Position numbers and translations under genes: made by a program. Below the pieces are notes generated by a model. The model was not told where the DNA came from, did not search any database, and saw only the letters and a list, made by a program, of their open reading frames with translations. From a virus, in the IMG/VR virus record IMGVR_UViG_3300022932_000014, positions 29,638-93,637 of that record: a stretch of DNA of 64,000 nt. The stretch is one strand, 5' to 3'. Each line of letters starts with the position of its first letter. The stretch's first letter is position 1. This document shows positions 42,240-55,703 of this stretch, piece by piece.

Positions 42240-42460
42240 AAGCAGTAAAATATTCGAGCACCTGAGTTTACTTAAACTCTCAGGATAGTGTTAAGGTCGG
42301 AAGGCATTCACTTCGCAAACGTAAATAGTTTAATAGTATCTAATAAAGCTATTAAAGATTTAAACGCATCTTTGAAACACGTTCTTACTTTTATCATATT
42401 ACATTATTATCCTATTCATTAGGACTTATATATTATTTAGACTTGATTTAAAGTCTGTTC
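42240..42460 (+). ncRNA. Candidate structured non-coding RNA
   Basis: ORF-free, with stems CCTGAG/CTCAGG, TTTAATAG/CTATTAAA, AAAGAT/ATCTTT, TCCTA/TAGGA and GACTT/AAGTC. Confidence 0.4.
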
Positions 42461-42572
42461 TTTCTTTTTTGTCGGCGAAATGCGGGAAAAGAAAAAAGCC
42501 GTTTGATAGTTAATGACTAGCATCTTAAAGCGAGATTAGGAACGGCACAAATAAAAACTTAAAAAGAAAAAC

Positions 42573-45500
42573 ATGACAAATTTTGATAAATTAATTAAAG
42601 AATTTAATAAAATAACAGTTCAAGTAAAATGGACAGAATTTCTACAAAGTAAAAAAGAATTGATAAATAAACGCTATGATTCAAATGATATTAAATTCGA
42701 TGGGCGGTATTTAATTGCACCAAATGGACAAAGTGTTTTAATACATAGAAAAAATTATAAATTTTACACATTATACACTTATGGATATTTTGAAAAGATT
42801 GATTACTTAAAAGAGCATTTTGCAAAATATGTAAATGATAACTTTTCTTTTTATCCGACTGACTTAAATAAATATTATACAGATTTTAAATACTAATCTT
42901 TAAAGCTTATTATTATGAAACTATTTATTATTTTATACATTGGGTTAGTACTCATGTGTATAGCATTGCTTTTTATTAATATCTATTTACTTGGTATTAG
43001 TGAGCTAATTATTATTAGCACATTTATAATCTTTTTCCGCAAAAAATTAAAAAACAAACAGTTATGAACTACAGTCAATTATTAACAGTAGAACCAATAG
43101 AAACACAAGGCACTAGAGTAACCAAAGTAACTAAAAAAGATTACGGTTACAGAATCCAAATGTTTAACAATTATATTACACTTTATTACGTTAAGTTAAT
43201 TATTAATGATAATAAAAGCGGTAAAGGTCATTACTTAGTTAAAAAGAATTATTGTGCAGACAATCGTTATACTATTTATTTCGATTGTGAGGGCAATTCA
43301 ATAACATTAAAAGAATATAAACTTATAAATAAGTAGCTATGAAACTGAATAAAAACGTACAACAATTATCATACTTTGGTTGTGTTAGTATATTAGAGCA
43401 ACTACCTCATGTAGTTATGAGTAGCTTTAATGACTGCCCAAATATAAAAGAAGCAACACAAGTAATGAAAGAATGCATACAAATTAACTTAAATAACGAT
43501 TCATTGGATGAAATTGAAGTTATTATAGTTTTGTCGGGCGAATAAAAAACTTAAAATAAAAAAGTTATGAAACTATCAAACGAAAGACAAGGTTGTTTAC
43601 TATTAATAATAACAATCATATTAATTATTACATTCATTCCAGTAACAGAATACATATTAAATTATTTAACTTCTAAACTATAATATTATGTCATATATAT
43701 CAACATCAAATGCGATTTGGTCGGTTGACTTTCACGGTCAATGTGCGCACTTTATATTTAATAACGAACTTGAAACACTAGGTAAATTAATCGCTGAACA
43801 TGGTAAATACGGGATAGTAAAAATTAAACAGTATGTACCTCATAAAGGCACGTTTAAAACGATGTCAAAGAAAGAAGTACAAAGCTGGTTTGATTGGGAT
43901 ACATACACAATAGAGCAACTAAAGAAAATTAATTATATTAAATAAGATATTATGAAAGTATCAATAATTGAAGTACAAAGCGCACTAAGTGTATTACATA
44001 TGGAAATACAAACAAATGAAGGTGCAGAAGCTTATGAACTAGTTTATAAATTCATAGAACAACAAAGAAATAAGGCAATTAATGAGGGAACTTTAATTGT
44101 ATAATTTCGGCAAAATAAATTAAAACAGAAATAAAATGAGAGCGAACGATATAAAAACAATAGATGTCAACTGTAAAGAATGGTTTGACAAGGTTAATGG
44201 TAACAGTTATTTCAGTGGCACAATAGTAATTAATTATGGCCGAAAAGATGAAAAAGAAATAAATATACCATTTCAATATGGTTATGGTGATTCGTTTAGA
44301 TATGAAGCATTTAAAGCAGTTCAAAAAGAATTAAACTGTTTAAAGACTAAAGATATAAAACACAGTTATTGGCAAGCTTATAAAAAATATAAAATTAAAG
44401 CAAATCACAGTTTAAAAACCAATTGTTTAAAAAGAGAATTATTATGAAACTTAAAGAATATTTAGACAAATTAGAATTCGCGGAAAAAAAGAAAAACAAA
44501 GAAATAACAGTTTTATCTGTCCAATCAACAAAATCCTTCAAACTAATAAAGAAAAACAGTACTAAACAATACTTTATAAAAAGAGTAAAAGACAGTAAGA
44601 CAATCTTAATAGGAGATAGAGACAAAAGCGAAGACTTTATTTTATATGGTTTGTTTGCGAATAGAGAGGATGTTAAACAATTATTTAATAGTTAGTATGG
44701 AAAAATTAATTAAAAAGTGCCAAGCTTATTTGCGCAAAAAGAAAATAGAAACAGTTAAAAAAGACAACGAAATAAAAGTAAACAAAATAGTTACTTCAAT
44801 ATTCGACGAAAAAACACCTAAACAAGCTATACAACTGTTCAAAGAAATACAAACAGAAGTAAACAACAGACTAGACGAACAACTTAAAACAAGTTTGGAA
44901 GCAGTTACAGAAATAGGAAAATTTAAAAATATAGAGTTATGAAAAAGTATATAGGTCACATAGCATCATCTTATTTAGGATTTAGTTTAAATTTCTTTTG
45001 CGGTCTTACAGTATTTGACTGGCAATTTTGGGCTATCGTAGTCCCTGTGATAATAATGTTTATTATAGATAAGTTTGAGAACGGCAGGAAAAAGATTTAA
45101 AACAAAACAGTTATGTATATACTACAAGACAAAGAAACAAACAGTCTTACAATAGTAGCAGAGAAACAAAAGCTATCTGAACTACTAGGAATACACAGAA
45201 ACACTTTAAATAACAGATTAAAGCTAAATAAGGTAGTTGAAAGCGATAAGTATCTGCTTATTTTACCATTTAAATATTATCCTGCAACTAAAAATAGTGG
45301 TAACACAGATAGTTATATAGTTAAAAAGGCTAAATCTGAGGGAGATATAGAAGAAAATGAGTATTATTAAGCGTAGGTTCTGAACTTATGCACAATGATT
45401 CGCGCAAAAAAGAAATAAAAACAGTTAAATTATGGACATCCAAACAATAATAAACGACATAGACATAGTAATAGAAGCTATAAAGAACAAAGATGGATGG

Positions 45501-48500
45501 GAAGCAATAGCAATGCTCAAAGATATTCAAGAAGATTTACTTATTATTAATGTAAGTCAGTGAATATGAGGCTCTTAAGGTGAGGACAACCCCACCCACA
45601 AACATTTATTCCTTCTAAAATACTAAAAATATGACCGCTCGGTCAGGCTTCGAACTTATATAGGAGAATACTTAAATTTAAACCTTAACAATTTTTAACA
45701 TGAAAACAAACTTAGACAAATTCAAAGATATAATATACAAACAAGCTATAAATAACCCTTTATTTGATTTTAGTCTATTAGGTGGAGAGTTTAAAGGATT
45801 TCATAATAAAAGGGAAGAGGCTTTAATTAAATTAGAACATTATATATCTAATATTGATATAAGAGTAATTGAATACTTAGCACCTGAGATAAAAGAGAGA
45901 TTTCCTAAATGGTATAAACAAAGACAGTTTTATATTGATTATAATAAAAATGGTGAGTTAGATATAATTAGGATGGTTAATTTGTAACTGTTCTTTTCTC
46001 CTTTTCCAATTCTTTTTTGCGGCGATTTTGCCCTCACAAATAAAACTTACTAAAATGAAAACTAAAAGCAAACAACAGATATTATATTGGGGTGTTAAAC
46101 CTCAGATACAAAACAGACCAAATAAACTTTCTAAAGGAATGGCTTTTACTAACGAAAGAAGAGCAAGAAGAAATAATAAATCTATATTTTATAGTGCGAT
46201 AATTAGCAATAATAAGTGTTCTAAAGAATCGAGATCATTATCAGTTAGAGGTACATTAGATAAGTTAGCGAGTATTAACTCAGTTAGTAAGTATAACATT
46301 AAAAGATATAAGGCCGGTTTACCTCAACAAAGAAAAGCTAAAAACAGTTTTGCTTATTTAAAAGAGCTTGTTTTTTCTTAATTCTTTCCCCTCCAAAAAT
46401 ATTAAACAAAACACAGAACAAACAATTTAAAGCTATTTTTAGCTGATTTAAGACACTAAAACAATAATTTAATACTGTTAGACGCTTCAGATTAAAAAGG
46501 CGTGACACAAATGAGAACAATAAGAACAAAGGTTTATACTTTTAATGAGTTAAACAAAGAAGGACAAGAAAAAGCAATTGAATTAAATTCAGATATAAAT
46601 GTCGATCACGATTGGTGGATTTGGACGTATGAAGATGCAGAAACAGCAGGATTAAAATTGACAGGGTTTAATTTAGGATACAATCCAATAGCAAACGGAA
46701 AATTTATAGAAAGCTCTTACGATTGTGCAAATAAAATAATTAAAAATCACGGAGAAACTTGTGAGAGTTATAAATTAGCTGAGCAGTTTATAAAGGAATG
46801 GGGCGAAGCCATTATATTACATTCTGACGGAATACAAACGCATAGAGTAATGGAGGGTAAAGAATCTGATTTTGATTATTATATGGAAGATAGAGAAGAA
46901 CAGTTTTTAAAAGACATTCTTTATTATTATGCGGACTATTTACAAAAGGAATGTAATTATTTACAAAGTGAAGAAGCTATTAAAGAAACTCTTATTGCTA
47001 ATGAATATGAGTTTTTGTCTACAGGTAAAATGTTTTCTTAGTTTTTTATTCCCGCAAAAATAACCTTTAAATAATACAATTATGAACACAAAATATTTAG
47101 TTACAGTAGAATTTAGATTTACAAGCGTAAACAAAGATAAAACAGATAAGAACTATAATAATAAAACAATTACTATAGGTGTGTTTGATTCTTTTGATGA
47201 TGCGTGTAAAGAAGGAAATAAAAACCTTGAAATAATGGAGAGCCGTTTTAGTCTTCATAAATTCCCGCAAGGACATTTCGCACCAAAAGAAAGATTTAGT
47301 AAAAATGGAGGTTGTTTTAACAGCAGAAAGACTTTAATTACTAATTTAGCGTATCTAAAAACACCGTTTGAGTTTTATTTTAAGATAACAGATTTAAATT
47401 ATCAAAATATAGAGAGTTTTATAGATGATACATTAAGTTCTGTTAATGAATATAGAGAGTGGAGAGGTTAAATTATTATTCTTTTTTCTCCCGAAATTAT
47501 TAATCATTAGATCATATTATTATGAATACAGAAAACAACACATTATTAGCCGAGTTTATAGGTTTTGAAGTAATAAAAGAACAGGACTTCTTAAATTATA
47601 CAGCAGGACAAATGACAGATAAAACAATTATAGATAGTGCTTTAAAATATCATACTTCATGGGATTGGTTAATGAAAGTCGTAGACAAAATAGAATCTGT
47701 TAATGATAACGAATTTGTTGTTGAAATTTCAGACGCTATGTGTGAGATAACAGGTTTTGAAGAAAATGCAGATATGAAAATATATAAATGTGGTGGAGAT
47801 AAAAAAGATTCTGTTTATAATGCTTGTGTTGAATTTATCAAATGGTACAACGAACAAACAACTAAACATTAATACTTATGAAAACAATTGATATTAGATA
47901 CTGGAAAAAAGATTTTAGCGATGTACTACCATACAAACACAGCCAAACTTTTGAATACAGTAAACAAAAAGCCCTTGAAATAATTAATAATATTATTGAT
48001 TCTGGCTTAAATGTAAAAACATCAAATCACGCAGAAACTTTTGTTATTTTTATAGATCAAGGTAGATTTGTACAATTTTAATAATTTAGATTATGAAACC
48101 AATAAATAAAAAAAGAGGTAATTACGAGATTGTTAATTACTATCAGCACGATTTAAGTAATAATAGGTATATTATATTAGAAAACGGTTTTGATTGTATT
48201 GGAAATCATTTTTCTTTGAGAGAGGTTATTACTGTCTTTAAAAGCTTGTTTTAATTTCTTTTTCGCGCCAATTATGTGCAATAACATATAATTAAACACT
48301 AATTAACAATTTTAAATTTAAAAACATATAATTATGACTAGTAAGGAAGCAATATTCAGTAAATTAAAAACTTGTGAAGCTATTTTAAGAAAATGTGAGG
48401 GATACGGAACAAACGATTCAGAAATTACAATGGCGGTGTTTAAAGCTATAATAAGAGAAGTTTTAGAAGAAGCTAAAAACGAGTTAATAAATATAGACTA

Positions 48501-51500
48501 ATGACACTAGAACCACAACACAGAGAAGCTTTAATAACTGAGTTAAACAAAGCAAAAGAAGAATATATTTTAGGTAAGGACATCAACCAAAAGAATACAA
48601 CAGAAGACTATCAAAAATGGTCTGATATTAAATTGTTTCTTCTTTTAAAGAGAATAGAATTAATAGAAGAGAGTTTGATTAATAATGAGATTGATTTTTA
48701 ATTTATTTCTGTTTTTTATTCTTTTTTCCCGAAAATTTATTATATTTACACACTTAAAAATAGAAAGATATGAAAACACTTACTGTCAATAAAACAAATT
48801 TAATACACGATTTGAGCATATTTCCTAACTTTTCCAAAACAGGCAGTATTAAAGGAATGAAAAAACTTTACTACGGTGAAGATGCTTTGCTAATTAAAAG
48901 TGGTCGTTATATATACAAAGTTACAGAAGAAGTTTATAATTATTATTCTTAAAACAAAAACATTATGAAAACAGAAATAATTTCCAACGATTTAAGAGGT
49001 TTAGAAATTTACGCAAAACCTTTTGTATTTCAGGTAAGAGAAAATAAAAAAGAGTTTTATTACTCTGAGATAGGTATTTTAGTAAGTTGCAGATATTACC
49101 CTAAGACTGAGGACTATAGTAAAACATATAGAGGTAAGTTTGCAGTTAATGTTCAGTATGACTATAGAAGTGCAGACGATTTAAGTAAGTTTGGTTTTGT
49201 TAAAAATACTGGTACATACGGAATAGATTTATTTGCTAAAACTTTAGAAGAGGCGATGCAAATGACTTTAGATTTCATTGAAAGTGAGTTTACAAGTTAC
49301 AGAGCTTTTGGCGGAGAAAAATTAAAACAGAAAAATAAAGCAAGTATCAGAGAGGTTGCAAAAAGCCAGTCATTACATCATTTGGCAAGTTTTTCTAACT
49401 TATGGAGTGAAGATAATATTTATCTTACTATTGTGAAAAATGCGGGTGAATTTGATACTTTAATGAATTATAGAAAAGTTAATGAGAACAGGCACAACGC
49501 TGAATTAAAATATCAAAGCAAATTAAGTGCAAGATTTTCAAAAGATTTCGGAGTTAATATAAGAGAATGCGCCCCAACATTTACATTCAGATTAGGTAAT
49601 TTTCAAACTCTAACAGGACTAAATGCAAAAGAAGATCTAAATAAAAATCAGAAAAATACATTACAACACGCTTTAAAATATTACAGATAATGAAAACAGT
49701 TTATATTACTTTTCAATCAGGCAAAAAAGAACCTATAGTTTCTATGTTATCAGTAATAAATCATGGGCAAGTTCTAGAAGATGGGCGTATAAGATACTTA
49801 ACAAAAGATGGTATAAAAATACAAACTATAGAGGAGATAACTAATAATAATGTAAGTGTTGTTGAAAAATCAAAAATTGATATTAAAGAGAGCTTATATT
49901 ATTGGTACAGAAGACACCCAAACAATCTAGATAAACCACTGATAGAAGACGAAAATCTTGAAATGGGGGAAGATTATTTTGGTAACTCATGGAGGTACGG
50001 CTTAAAATTACTAGTAACACAGAAAGATATTAAATACAAATTAATCCTTGAATAATCATGAAACAAAATATTATATTATTTATAGCGGTATTTATTGCAA
50101 TAGGCTCTCTTTGTTATTTTGCTTTTATTTCGGGCGAAAAGAATAGAGACACAGAAATTTTAATGCTAAAAATACAAAACCAACTGTCTTTTAAATCTGG
50201 TCAAGAAAGTAAACAGAAAGAAATTGAAAATCGCGCAAAAAAGATAAATAAAGAGTGTTTTACAAACGCAGACATAGAAAAAATCATATTTAATGAAAAA
50301 CAATTATGAAAGAAATAGACATAGATACCTTAATAGAGTATCTGCAAGAAGAGAAGAAAAACGGCGGAAAAACAATTAAATACAAAGGAACAGTTTTATG
50401 CCCTGAAAACTTTAACTCAATAGTAATAACAACAGAAAAACAAATGTAATGGAAAGATATTATTATATTACAGGATATTGGAAAGACACAAACGAAAACT
50501 TTGAAGATTATATTGTAAAAGATGGAGATTTTACACAAGATCAAGAATTAAATGATGATGATGTATTTTTCTACGGTTTATCTGAGGATGATATTTTAAA
50601 TTGTATCGCTTTTGGATGGGGCACAGAATTAGAATTTATTATAACAGAATATAAAGAGTATTAGTTATGAAAATAGAAGTTAGCAAAAAAGATTTATATG
50701 TATCAATTATAATAGATCAAGGAGAAATAACAGGAAATTTAGAGGCTTATAATACAGGAAGATGTAAAGAATATTCATTTGAAGCAGATTGGTTTTCTTC
50801 TGATGAAGCCGAGGAATTTTATAATGAAAACTATAATGAGATAGAAGAACAAATACAAGCTAAACTATGAAAGATTTAACAACAGAAAATATATTAATTT
50901 GGTTTGAAGTTTATATATCAGGCGAAGAAGAGGGTACAGAAACAATTGCTTTATTCGATGAAGAACAACAAGCAAAAGATTATATTAAAGCTAATCCTGA
51001 AATGAATTTGGATTATGATAAATGGCAATATAACACTAAAACAAAAGAAAATGAAAAACTCTGATAGAAATTTAATGGTAATAAAAAACTTTATATTATT
51101 CCTATCTCATAGCGAAGAAGGAGACATTGACGCAGATATAGACTTAAACTTAACAGCTAATGATCTTTATAAACTTGCAGAAGATTATATTGAAGAAGAC
51201 CATGTTGACGGGAGAGACAATGAAGAAGACTAATTTTTGGCAAAACAAATAAAAACAGTTAAAATGACCATAACTAAAACAAAAACCAACAGTGTAACAT
51301 ACTACGAGTGTCAACCAATAGACGGAATATGTTTATTTGCATTCACTAAAAGAAGATTACTTATAGACTTATGTAAAGTTTATGGAATCAATTTGTTTAA
51401 CCCTTTAAATTTGAATTAAGATGAAGAAAGAAATTAATATCAACTTAGGATTTCCTTATACCATTTTTGCAGTTTGTACAGCAATGATAGGATATACAAT

Positions 51501-52085
51501 TCATAACAGTGTTTTTTGGTCTATTGTTGATTTTTTCTTCGCGCCAATTGCGTGGATAAAATGGCTAATATGCCATGAAGTTACATTGAGAGTAATAAAA
51601 GAAACGTTTAACTGGTTTTTCGCGGGATAAAAAACTTAAAAAGAAATAAGATGGAAGACATAGTGTTTGAAACAGAAGATTCACCTGCAATTATAGCAAC
51701 AAAAACAGTTCTTATACACGCAGGTAGCCCAACTTTAAAAACAGAGCTTAAAAGGCTTAATATTGATTACTCTAAAGTAACAAAAGGACTAAACACTTAT
51801 TTTTATTTAAGTGGGAAAGAAATTGGTAAGATAAGAGTTAAACTTTAAAATTAGATTATGAAAACAGAATTTGATTTACGCTTTGAACGCGCGAAAAAAG
51901 AAATAGAAGAGGAGATTAAAAACGGGCTATTACCTAACACAGTTAAAAATCTAGATGAGATAGACCAATATGCCGATTGTCATTACTTTGGAGGATTTAC
52001 AGACGAAGGGTATGAAATATCTGAAAACTATGAATTAGAAAACGAAGTACAAGAAGCTATTAACCAATGGTTAGAAACAAGATGA
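42573..52085 (+). other. Dense array of about 25 small early/accessory hypothetical CDSs (e.g. 42573-42896, 44136-44447, 46502-47041, 47082-47471, 47522-47872, 48965-49690, 49690-50055)
   Basis: All on the plus strand, mostly 60-240 aa, with AT-rich Bacteroidota-type leaders. Typical of a host-takeover region. Confidence 0.65.
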
Positions 52086-52720
52086 AGTGCTTAATTGGGT
52101 GCGAAGAGAGCCAAGCTGTAGCAATAGAGCTTAGAAAATTAGGTCATGAAGCTTATAGTTGTGACTTACAAGAATGTTCTGGAAATAACCCAGACTTTCA
52201 TTTTCAAATCGACGTTTTTGAAGCTATTAAAGGCGGATGGTTGACAACTCAATCAGGTAAAAGAGTTTACATTGATAAGTGGGATTTAGGTATTTTCTTT
52301 CCAAATTGCCAATATCTCACAGTTTCAGCTAATAAATGGTATAAAGACCAGCCTCCGAGAGCATCAGGCACTTTAGTTGGTGCGGAAAGAAGACAAGCAA
52401 GAGAAGAAGCAATTGATTTCTTTATGAGATTATATAATTGTGACATTCCTAAAATAGCTATAGAAAATCCTATAGGTGTGATGAGTAGTAGATTTAGAAA
52501 ACCTGATCAGGTAATTCAACCGTGGATGTTTGGCCACAATGAATGTAAAGCAACCTGTCTTTGGCTTAAAAACCTACCTTTATTAATACCAACAAATATT
52601 GTGGAAGGCAGAGAGCAGAATATATGGAAAATGCCACCTTCAAAAGACAGAGCAAAATTAAGAAGTAAGACCTTCACAGGAATTGCAAAAGCTATTGCAA
52701 ACCAATTTACAAAAACCTAA
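52082..52720 (+). CDS. Orphan DNA cytosine-C5 methyltransferase (phage type)
   Basis: MKCLIGCEESQAV...SCDL, FPNCQYL (motif IV PC variant), IENP, KATCLW, RSKTF.GIAKAIA.QF. ATG 52082 is preferred. Confidence 0.75.
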   Translation: MKCLIGCEESQAVAIELRKLGHEAYSCDLQECSGNNPDFHFQIDVFEAIKGGWLTTQSGKRVYIDKWDLGIFFPNCQYLTVSANKWYKDQPPRASGTLVGAERRQAREEAIDFFMRLYNCDIPKIAIENPIGVMSSRFRKPDQVIQPWMFGHNECKATCLWLKNLPLLIPTNIVEGREQNIWKMPPSKDRAKLRSKTFTGIAKAIANQFTKT

Positions 52721-52734
52721 AAATCCTGGAAATT

Positions 52735-53282
52735 ATGAAAATTTATGTAACAAGAAACAATGAGCCAATATTTGAGACAGGAACAGGAATAAGTGCAGGT
52801 AAAGAAACTTTATTTGGTTCTTATAGAGACAGATATCCTGATAATGGTTGGAGCGAATTACGGAGAGTCAATATGGAAATTGGCGGAGTAAAAGAAGTAA
52901 AACTCACAAAAGAGTTAAAAGAGGTATTAATAACAGACTTAGCTTATTGTTATGGAGGAAACAGCTCTATATTTTTAAATAAACTTAAAGAATTCAAAAT
53001 ATTATGAAAAAAGCCTTAGAATGGTTTAATAGTATAGGAAATACTAGAAGACAAGAATTAGCTTTAGAACATTTTGGAACTGATTTGCTACTAGATGAAG
53101 ATATCCTAAAGATCTATACAGAAGAACATCGTTATTATATTGAGTTTGATGGTAAAAGAAAGTTTCTGTGTTTGTTTCCTCTCGGCGAAAAAGAGAAAGA
53201 AAAGGACTTTAAAACACTTGAAGAAGCCATGAATTATATGTTAATTGATTCAGGTATCAAAGAAGTAACAATTAAAAATTAA
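52735..53282 (+). other. Two hypothetical CDSs (52735-53007, 53004-53282)
   Basis: Coupled ORFs. Confidence 0.55.
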
Positions 53283-53286
53283 TGTT

Positions 53287-53694
53287 ATGCCAACTAAACA
53301 AGAAACAATAGACAGCTTAGTACCTACATCAAATTATTTAGGTAGCTTCGTAAGAAAAATGGTAACAGATATTACAGTTGAAAGTAAACTAACAGTTGAA
53401 TATCTGAAGAAAGGTGATGTTTTAATACTTAAAAGTCAAATAAAATATCGCCCAAGCGTCGTCATAAAAGTGAAAGAAACATATGTTATAGTAATTCCTT
53501 TAACCTCAAGTGAGAATGAACATTGTATGTGTGAGTCTAAAAGTAGGTTTTTAAAAGACGGATGCTTTGCAAATAACTACGAAATTGTTCCCATGGAATT
53601 AGCTAAGGCTAGTTTTGTATCAGTTTACGATAACCCTAAGCTGTTAAATACCGCAATAAAAGAATTAAAAGAATTTATTAAGAAAAATATATGA
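53287..53694 (+). CDS. PemK/MazF-fold protein (orphan)
   Basis: KGDVL...KYRPSVVI...VIVIPLTS. Confidence 0.6.
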   Translation: MPTKQETIDSLVPTSNYLGSFVRKMVTDITVESKLTVEYLKKGDVLILKSQIKYRPSVVIKVKETYVIVIPLTSSENEHCMCESKSRFLKDGCFANNYEIVPMELAKASFVSVYDNPKLLNTAIKELKEFIKKNI

Positions 53695-54189
53695 GCAAAG
53701 AAAGAGAAAATTTCATAGATAAATATATTAAAGATGCGTTTTTCTGGATTAGAAATGAAGAGGAATCAGAATTTATTCAGGGAGTTTTAATTGAATTTGG
53801 GCTTTGTAATCCAATAGGAGAGAAGTCACCAATTAAATATAGTGATAAACTTACTAATATTTGTACTTTTAACCCTGATATTCACCACAAAACAATATAT
53901 TTTCAAAGAGCTGATGTATGGTTGCCGAATGCGAGATATAGAGAACCTGTGGATTATGAGCAATTTTACTACGATTATTTTTCAATTGATTAAATAAGAA
54001 AGTATGAAACCAGATGCAACACTAGAAGATTATAAAAACAGAGAAAAATTTCTAATTGAGTACATAAAAAGTCAAATTTTTAAAAAGCAAAAAACTGCTG
54101 AACAATTTAATACATCTGAACATTATTCTGAATGTAGAGCGTACAAAGACATTTTATATAAATTAGAGAAAGATTCATTAGGAAATTAA
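53691..54189 (+). other. Two hypothetical CDSs (53691-53993, 54004-54189)
   Basis: 100 and 61 aa. Confidence 0.55.
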
Positions 54190-54201
54190 AAATAAACTAT
54201 T

Positions 54202-54209
54202 TACATTTG
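54202..54209 (+). promoter_or_regulatory. -7 element TACATTTG for the lipoprotein operon
   Basis: TAnnTTTG match 47 nt before ATG 54257. Confidence 0.55.
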
Positions 54210-54256
54210 CAAAACAAAACCCTTGAGCGGGAAAATAAACTCAAAAACAAATTAAG

Positions 54257-55141
54257 ATGAAGAAAAGAATTATTTTAGGAATTGCTATTTTAGCATCAAT
54301 GGTTTCATGTTCAACAGAGGAAACACAAGAATCAAATGTACAAACAACAGATGTAGTATTTACAATTGATCAACCAAGTACGCCAACTACAGGAAAACAA
54401 ATTAAGCGTTTAAATGTACCTGTATGGGTTAACACAATTAAAATTAAAGCAGTTTCTAATGTATTTACTTACTCGACAGAGGATAATTATACATTTGACA
54501 CTCAAAACGGCGCTTCTTACATTGGACTTGATAATGTAGCAATTGGAGCCAATACATTTACAGCTTCTACAACAACGGATTCACCACAATTTTTTCAGTT
54601 AACTAATTACACAGTTAATTCTGGAAACAATGAAGCTAAATTTACAACAGCTTTAGATAATATTGACAATGAAAATCCTTATGTACTTTATACAGGATCA
54701 GCTACAGCCACAATTGCTTCAACAGGATCTTCAGTAGTAGCTTTACCAATGACAACTCAAAATGGTCGTATTTTAAGTGTTTTTCAAGTTACGGATCAAT
54801 TAAGATCATTAGGCTTGCAAGCTAAAATTACAGCAAGTGTTACAGGAGAAGCAACACAAACAGCAATTACCAAGGGAAATGAACTTTGCACCTTCAAATG
54901 GAGTAATGCTAATTCGTTGGCAGATAAAGAAGTGACATATAAAATTGAAGTATCTTCTATTAATGCACAATCAACAATCTTAAAAACGTATGAAGTTAAA
55001 CAGAAAGTAATTGCAAGCACCTCACTATCTTGTTTTTATACAATTGATTCTAGCGGAATTACTTTGACCAAAAATGACATTAAGATTACACTTAATTTCC
55101 AGGATTGGAAAGAACTTAACTGTGTAGATTGTAATAACTAA
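54257..55141 (+). CDS. Lipoprotein, possibly type V pilin/fimbrillin-like
   Basis: SPII signal MKKRIILGIAILASMVS-C, then acidic STEETQE. T/S/N-rich beta body and C-terminal ITLNFQDW. Confidence 0.65.
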   Translation: MKKRIILGIAILASMVSCSTEETQESNVQTTDVVFTIDQPSTPTTGKQIKRLNVPVWVNTIKIKAVSNVFTYSTEDNYTFDTQNGASYIGLDNVAIGANTFTASTTTDSPQFFQLTNYTVNSGNNEAKFTTALDNIDNENPYVLYTGSATATIASTGSSVVALPMTTQNGRILSVFQVTDQLRSLGLQAKITASVTGEATQTAITKGNELCTFKWSNANSLADKEVTYKIEVSSINAQSTILKTYEVKQKVIASTSLSCFYTIDSSGITLTKNDIKITLNFQDWKELNCVDCNN

Positions 55142-55692
55142 TGAAAAAACTATTATTAGCTCTTCTTATCACAGGATCAGTATACTCTCAGAATTATGAG
55201 TTGTATACTGGCTCTGTTTTAAGTGAGGATAAAAGTGTAGGTTATTTGATTGGCGTGAATTTCATAATAAAAACTAATCAAAATAGAGAGTATTTAAATG
55301 ACATTTTATTGGGGGTGGAGCATTCGGCATATATGTCGGGAAATAAAACAATTGGAATAAATAAAGAAACTGTTTCAAATGATTGTAATTGTACTTCGGA
55401 AGATTTAAATTTCGGCGGAGAAAAAACTATAAAGAAAGAAACAAGAGCCGTAAGCCTAAACTTTGGAGTAAGTATTTGTGAAACGTGTTGGTTAAAACAA
55501 TTGTATTTAATATCAGGAGTAACAAACTATCAACACATTACTCTAGTCGACGGCAATAAAGCTTCAGAGTACCGAACAATGCAAATTGATGCAGGTTTAA
55601 AGTATTTTATAAAAATCAAGAACAGTTTTGTAACAGTAACAAGTAAATTTAATCCAGAAACGGTTTCTTTCGCTTTAGGGTTTTCAAAATAA
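55141..55692 (+). CDS. Signal-peptide protein, putative outer-membrane beta-barrel
   Basis: MKKLLLALLITGSVYSQ signal, alternating beta strands, C-terminal VSFALGF. Confidence 0.55.
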   Translation: MKKLLLALLITGSVYSQNYELYTGSVLSEDKSVGYLIGVNFIIKTNQNREYLNDILLGVEHSAYMSGNKTIGINKETVSNDCNCTSEDLNFGGEKTIKKETRAVSLNFGVSICETCWLKQLYLISGVTNYQHITLVDGNKASEYRTMQIDAGLKYFIKIKNSFVTVTSKFNPETVSFALGFSK

Positions 55693-55703
55693 AAATTAAA
55701 ATT

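Noticed and set aside
42600-46400. Cluster of ACAGTT hexamers (about 10 copies)
   Set aside because: The hexamer is also frequent in 24-40 kb and is compatible with common codon pairs. It was chosen post hoc and not tested.
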